From the NCBI RefSeq assembly GCF_037042905.1, contig NC_087251.1:13580001-13644000 (forward strand): DNA of 64,000 bases, in the 5' to 3' direction. This document shows positions 61,022 to 64,000 of this stretch, piece by piece (position 1 is the stretch's first letter; each line of letters opens with the position of its first letter). The notes beneath the pieces are model-generated. The model worked only from the letters and a program-made list of their open reading frames with translations, had not been told where the DNA came from and did not search any database. Made by a program: the position numbers and the translations under genes. Source of the stretch: Lytechinus pictus (Eukaryota).

Positions 61022-61750
61022 AACCTGGTTGACACTTGCATGCAATGTGGTTCCTGCATAGTTTGCGCACGGTCACATACTCATGCATGCTAATGCAGGG
61101 ACTATGCTTGGGGATAGGTGCAGGAGGTGCGTGCCAAAATTTTCAACATTGAAAATTTTTGCACGCAGTAGCACGTTTATGTTGCGCATAGTTTACGAAT
61201 GGTTCACAAATTTGTAATGCATGCCCAAATTTTCAACATGGGCATACATTACAAATTTGTGAACCATTCGTTAACTATGCGCAACATAGACGAGCCACTG
61301 TGTGGCATCAAAATTGAAATTTTGTGGCGCAAGCAATAGTAGGCACACCCCCCGGGGGAGTGGCATGCAGTTCACGACAAGCTCACAACAGGGCGCTCAT
61401 ACTTTGGCCATAGGCTTAGCATATATATACTTCAAGCATAGTTTGTGAATGATATACGCAAAATTGTGAGTGCAGACCACGTGATCAGTGTAAGCGATCC
61501 TCGTCAACAAACGTAGAGGGCATCAACACCAGAGCATTGGAATTGTTAAATTTGTGCTATATACGTCACAGAATAGGGTGTTGAGAACATTTGCTGACAG
61601 CATGTCTGGAAAGTGCGTGAACTACGTGCAAGCAATGCGGAAACATGTGAATATGTCGCGACAAATGCGTGCACTGACACAGGCAAGTCATGCCATAAAT
61701 CAATGCGGGGCAATGCAGGAACCACAATATGTGCAAGTGTCAGTTGGGCA
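61022..61750. mobile_element. Harbinger-type MITE in the probable DAAM 3' UTR
   Basis: Inverted ends TGACACTTGCATGCAATGTGGTTCCTGCAT / ATGCAGGAACCACAATATGTGCAAGTGTCA; TAA/TTA flanks. Confidence 0.65.
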
Positions 61751-62281
61751 TTAGACAACACAATATAAAGAATAAATGTTTTGATATACTACTTCTGCTC
61801 TACAGACCCACATGATGAAGTCAACCCGCTGCCTGTGGGAATCAGAAAGTCCCTGTTTGAAGCCTATGTGATTTGGAGAATTCAGCAGTTATCAGGTTAA
61901 TCCTTTCTGATCTCGGGTGAAATGCATGCATAGCATACTTGTACTGGAGCAGATTCCCTCACCTCTGAGACACCTAATAATGTTCCACCAAGACAACTTC
62001 TCTCACATAATCAGCTCTGTGCTACACTCCAACTGCTGCACTTGGCTTGGTCTCGGTTCAAAGCTGCACTTGATTTAGAAGAAAGACAGACCTCTCGTTT
62101 AGCGCATCCCTCGCATTAACAGACACGTACCCACTTCCATGTCGGCTTCCGACACAATATAGCTCTGCCATTTGAAATATATACACAAACCAATGCCTGT
62201 TTCTCCTGGAAGCCTGGAGTGAATTGCCGGGCACATTTCCGAGGGTTTCCTCTAGGTCATTCAGTTCTCTTTAAGACCTCA

Positions 62282-63720
62282 CTAGATCTGAGTCATTGAC
62301 CGTCCATTACCAGTCTTGGGCTTGCCCAATCGTTCTCTGCTGTCTGCCATTGAATTGGCCGAGTTGTTGTGTTGTTGTCCTGGTTGCCCTTGCCCCATGC
62401 GTCGCTTGTTTTTCTTAGCGAGTTTACTCATGTCTTCCGTGAACATGTCCCCTGTTCGTAGAGCCGATATGAGGTCGTCAAATTCACCATCGCCATTGCC
62501 TTTAACCTTACCTGAAATCTTTTTGTTCTTCCTCTTCTCCGACATCTACAATAAAAATGAATCAAAACATAAAACAAACAAAAAATCACAAACCATTTTC
62601 AAAAGAATATCTACTTTCATTATTTTTCAAAATATGATATCTGCAAATAACAAGCTAAACTCTAAACACACTAGTAATACACTCAAATAAGAGGGGAAAA
62701 GAAGACATGTTTTCACTGGTCTTTTCACTTTTGGACAATTCCTGAAATCACCATAAATGGGTCAGGTAAGTGGACATAATGTACAGAGCTGTCAAAGCAG
62801 AGGACCTTATGCAAACAGCAAGTCTCATTCAGCTTTGGTAAAGTGTTATTAATGTAATATGAATTATACTCCAAGTATCATCTAGCATGCCATTCTTAAA
62901 AACAGTTTAATGGCCTTTGAAAATTTGTTATCAACTAGTTAAATCCAGCCAATCCATTAACAAAAACACACCAAGATCATTAACAAAAACACTGATTAAC
63001 AAAAAAAGTGATGCAAACTTAACCACTGCTTCTACAGCATAGAACAATGAATACAATGTAGAACTGACCTCTTTTTCTCTCTTTGCTCGCCTCTCATCTT
63101 CCTCTTTCTTTTTCCTAATATTTTCATTATCTGTCTTGGCTTCATGGAATGACTGAAGGAAGAGGTCAAAGGTACCAAAGAGTTCCTCGGGTGTTATCTT
63201 TGTTGGATCCTCTCCGAAAGATTTGGCTACTTTCACAAACTGAAAAAAATTGGGTGAAAGACAAATATTGACATTGGAATTGTGTAATAATAACAGTACA
63301 AGATAGAGCATTAAGCAAAGAAATTATTAAGTATACATTTTGGTGAAGGAAGTGTAAAATTCTCCTAATAATACAAAGATGGTGAAAATTCAAAATATTG
63401 TGCAAGCCTCTCACTAACAAGACATGAACAAAAAATTGAATTATGTTCTAAATAAATCCATCATGAGATTGATTTTAAGCACCTTTTTTTTCAATGTACC
63501 TAAACATACACAAAGATAACTACTTAATTTCCTCAGTACCATGGTGCAAATATTTTTGCTAGGCTAGGAATGAAACATTTTGTACCTTCTCTTTGGCTTC
63601 CACCAGCAGATCTTGAACCTTGCCAAAGCTGATAGATGAGAGCGTCTTGAAGTCACTCATTACAGAAATAAACTTATCATGCTTCTCAGTCTTTGGCTTC
63701 TTCTTCTGATACTCCAATTC
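62282..63720 (-). CDS. DAAM: DAAM formin (Dishevelled-associated activator of morphogenesis), last three coding exons (FH2 end plus DAD)
   Basis: Exons 63720-63586 (ELEYQK..DKFISVMSDF..DLLVEAKEK), 63239-63069 (FGED..PEELFGTFDLFLQSF..NENIRKKKEEDERRA) and 62545-62282 (GEFDDLISALRTGDMF..KKNKRR; TAG); GT-AG, phase 0. Confidence 0.92.
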
Positions 63721-64000
63721 CTAAATATCAAAATAACAATGATAATAAAGGGAAAGTGAACTCTAGGGAACTCTTGTAAGAGGGCCATGTGCAGTAGGAT
63801 AGTCTTGATACACGAACTGTTTCACATGACAATCAGAAATATTCTATGAAGTCTGGTTACGAAAAATTTCATGATATATATCAAAATACATAAGGAGATA
63901 CCATTTGAATAACTAATGTATTGTTAAGGTACCACTTATAATGTAGGTTTTGAAGTTTATTTGACATGAATAAAAAACTAGAAATTTGACGTGTCCAAAG

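Overview
AT-rich, intron-rich animal genomic DNA; the repeat families suggest a marine invertebrate, most likely a sea urchin (inference). There are three protein-coding genes. (1) The last 25 coding exons of an axonemal dynein heavy chain, most like DNAH14 (+, 1..17077). (2) A complete 12-exon legumain/asparaginyl endopeptidase gene (+, 28048..56769, 442 aa). (3) The last three coding exons of a DAAM formin (-, 62282..63720). Introns and intergenic DNA are packed with mobile DNA: a young 5'-truncated CR1/L2-group LINE with an uninterrupted RT ORF, several Helentron-type non-autonomous elements (HINEs), Tc1/mariner-, Harbinger-, hAT-, Kolobok- and Sola-type MITEs, tRNA-derived SINEs and a 1.8-kb minisatellite. 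The most notable structures are a multi-level nested transposon stack in legumain intron 1 built around a 5.8-kb element with ~1-kb TIRs, a HINE repeat unit carrying a dense nuclear-receptor half-site cassette (DR1+DR4+IR1), a candidate GC-AG 30-nt micro-exon in the dynein gene, and a P-element-like excision footprint in the legumain promoter. No prokaryotic system, CRISPR array or bona fide RNA gene was found. Exons were read by eye, and family assignments come from recalled motifs, not database searches.
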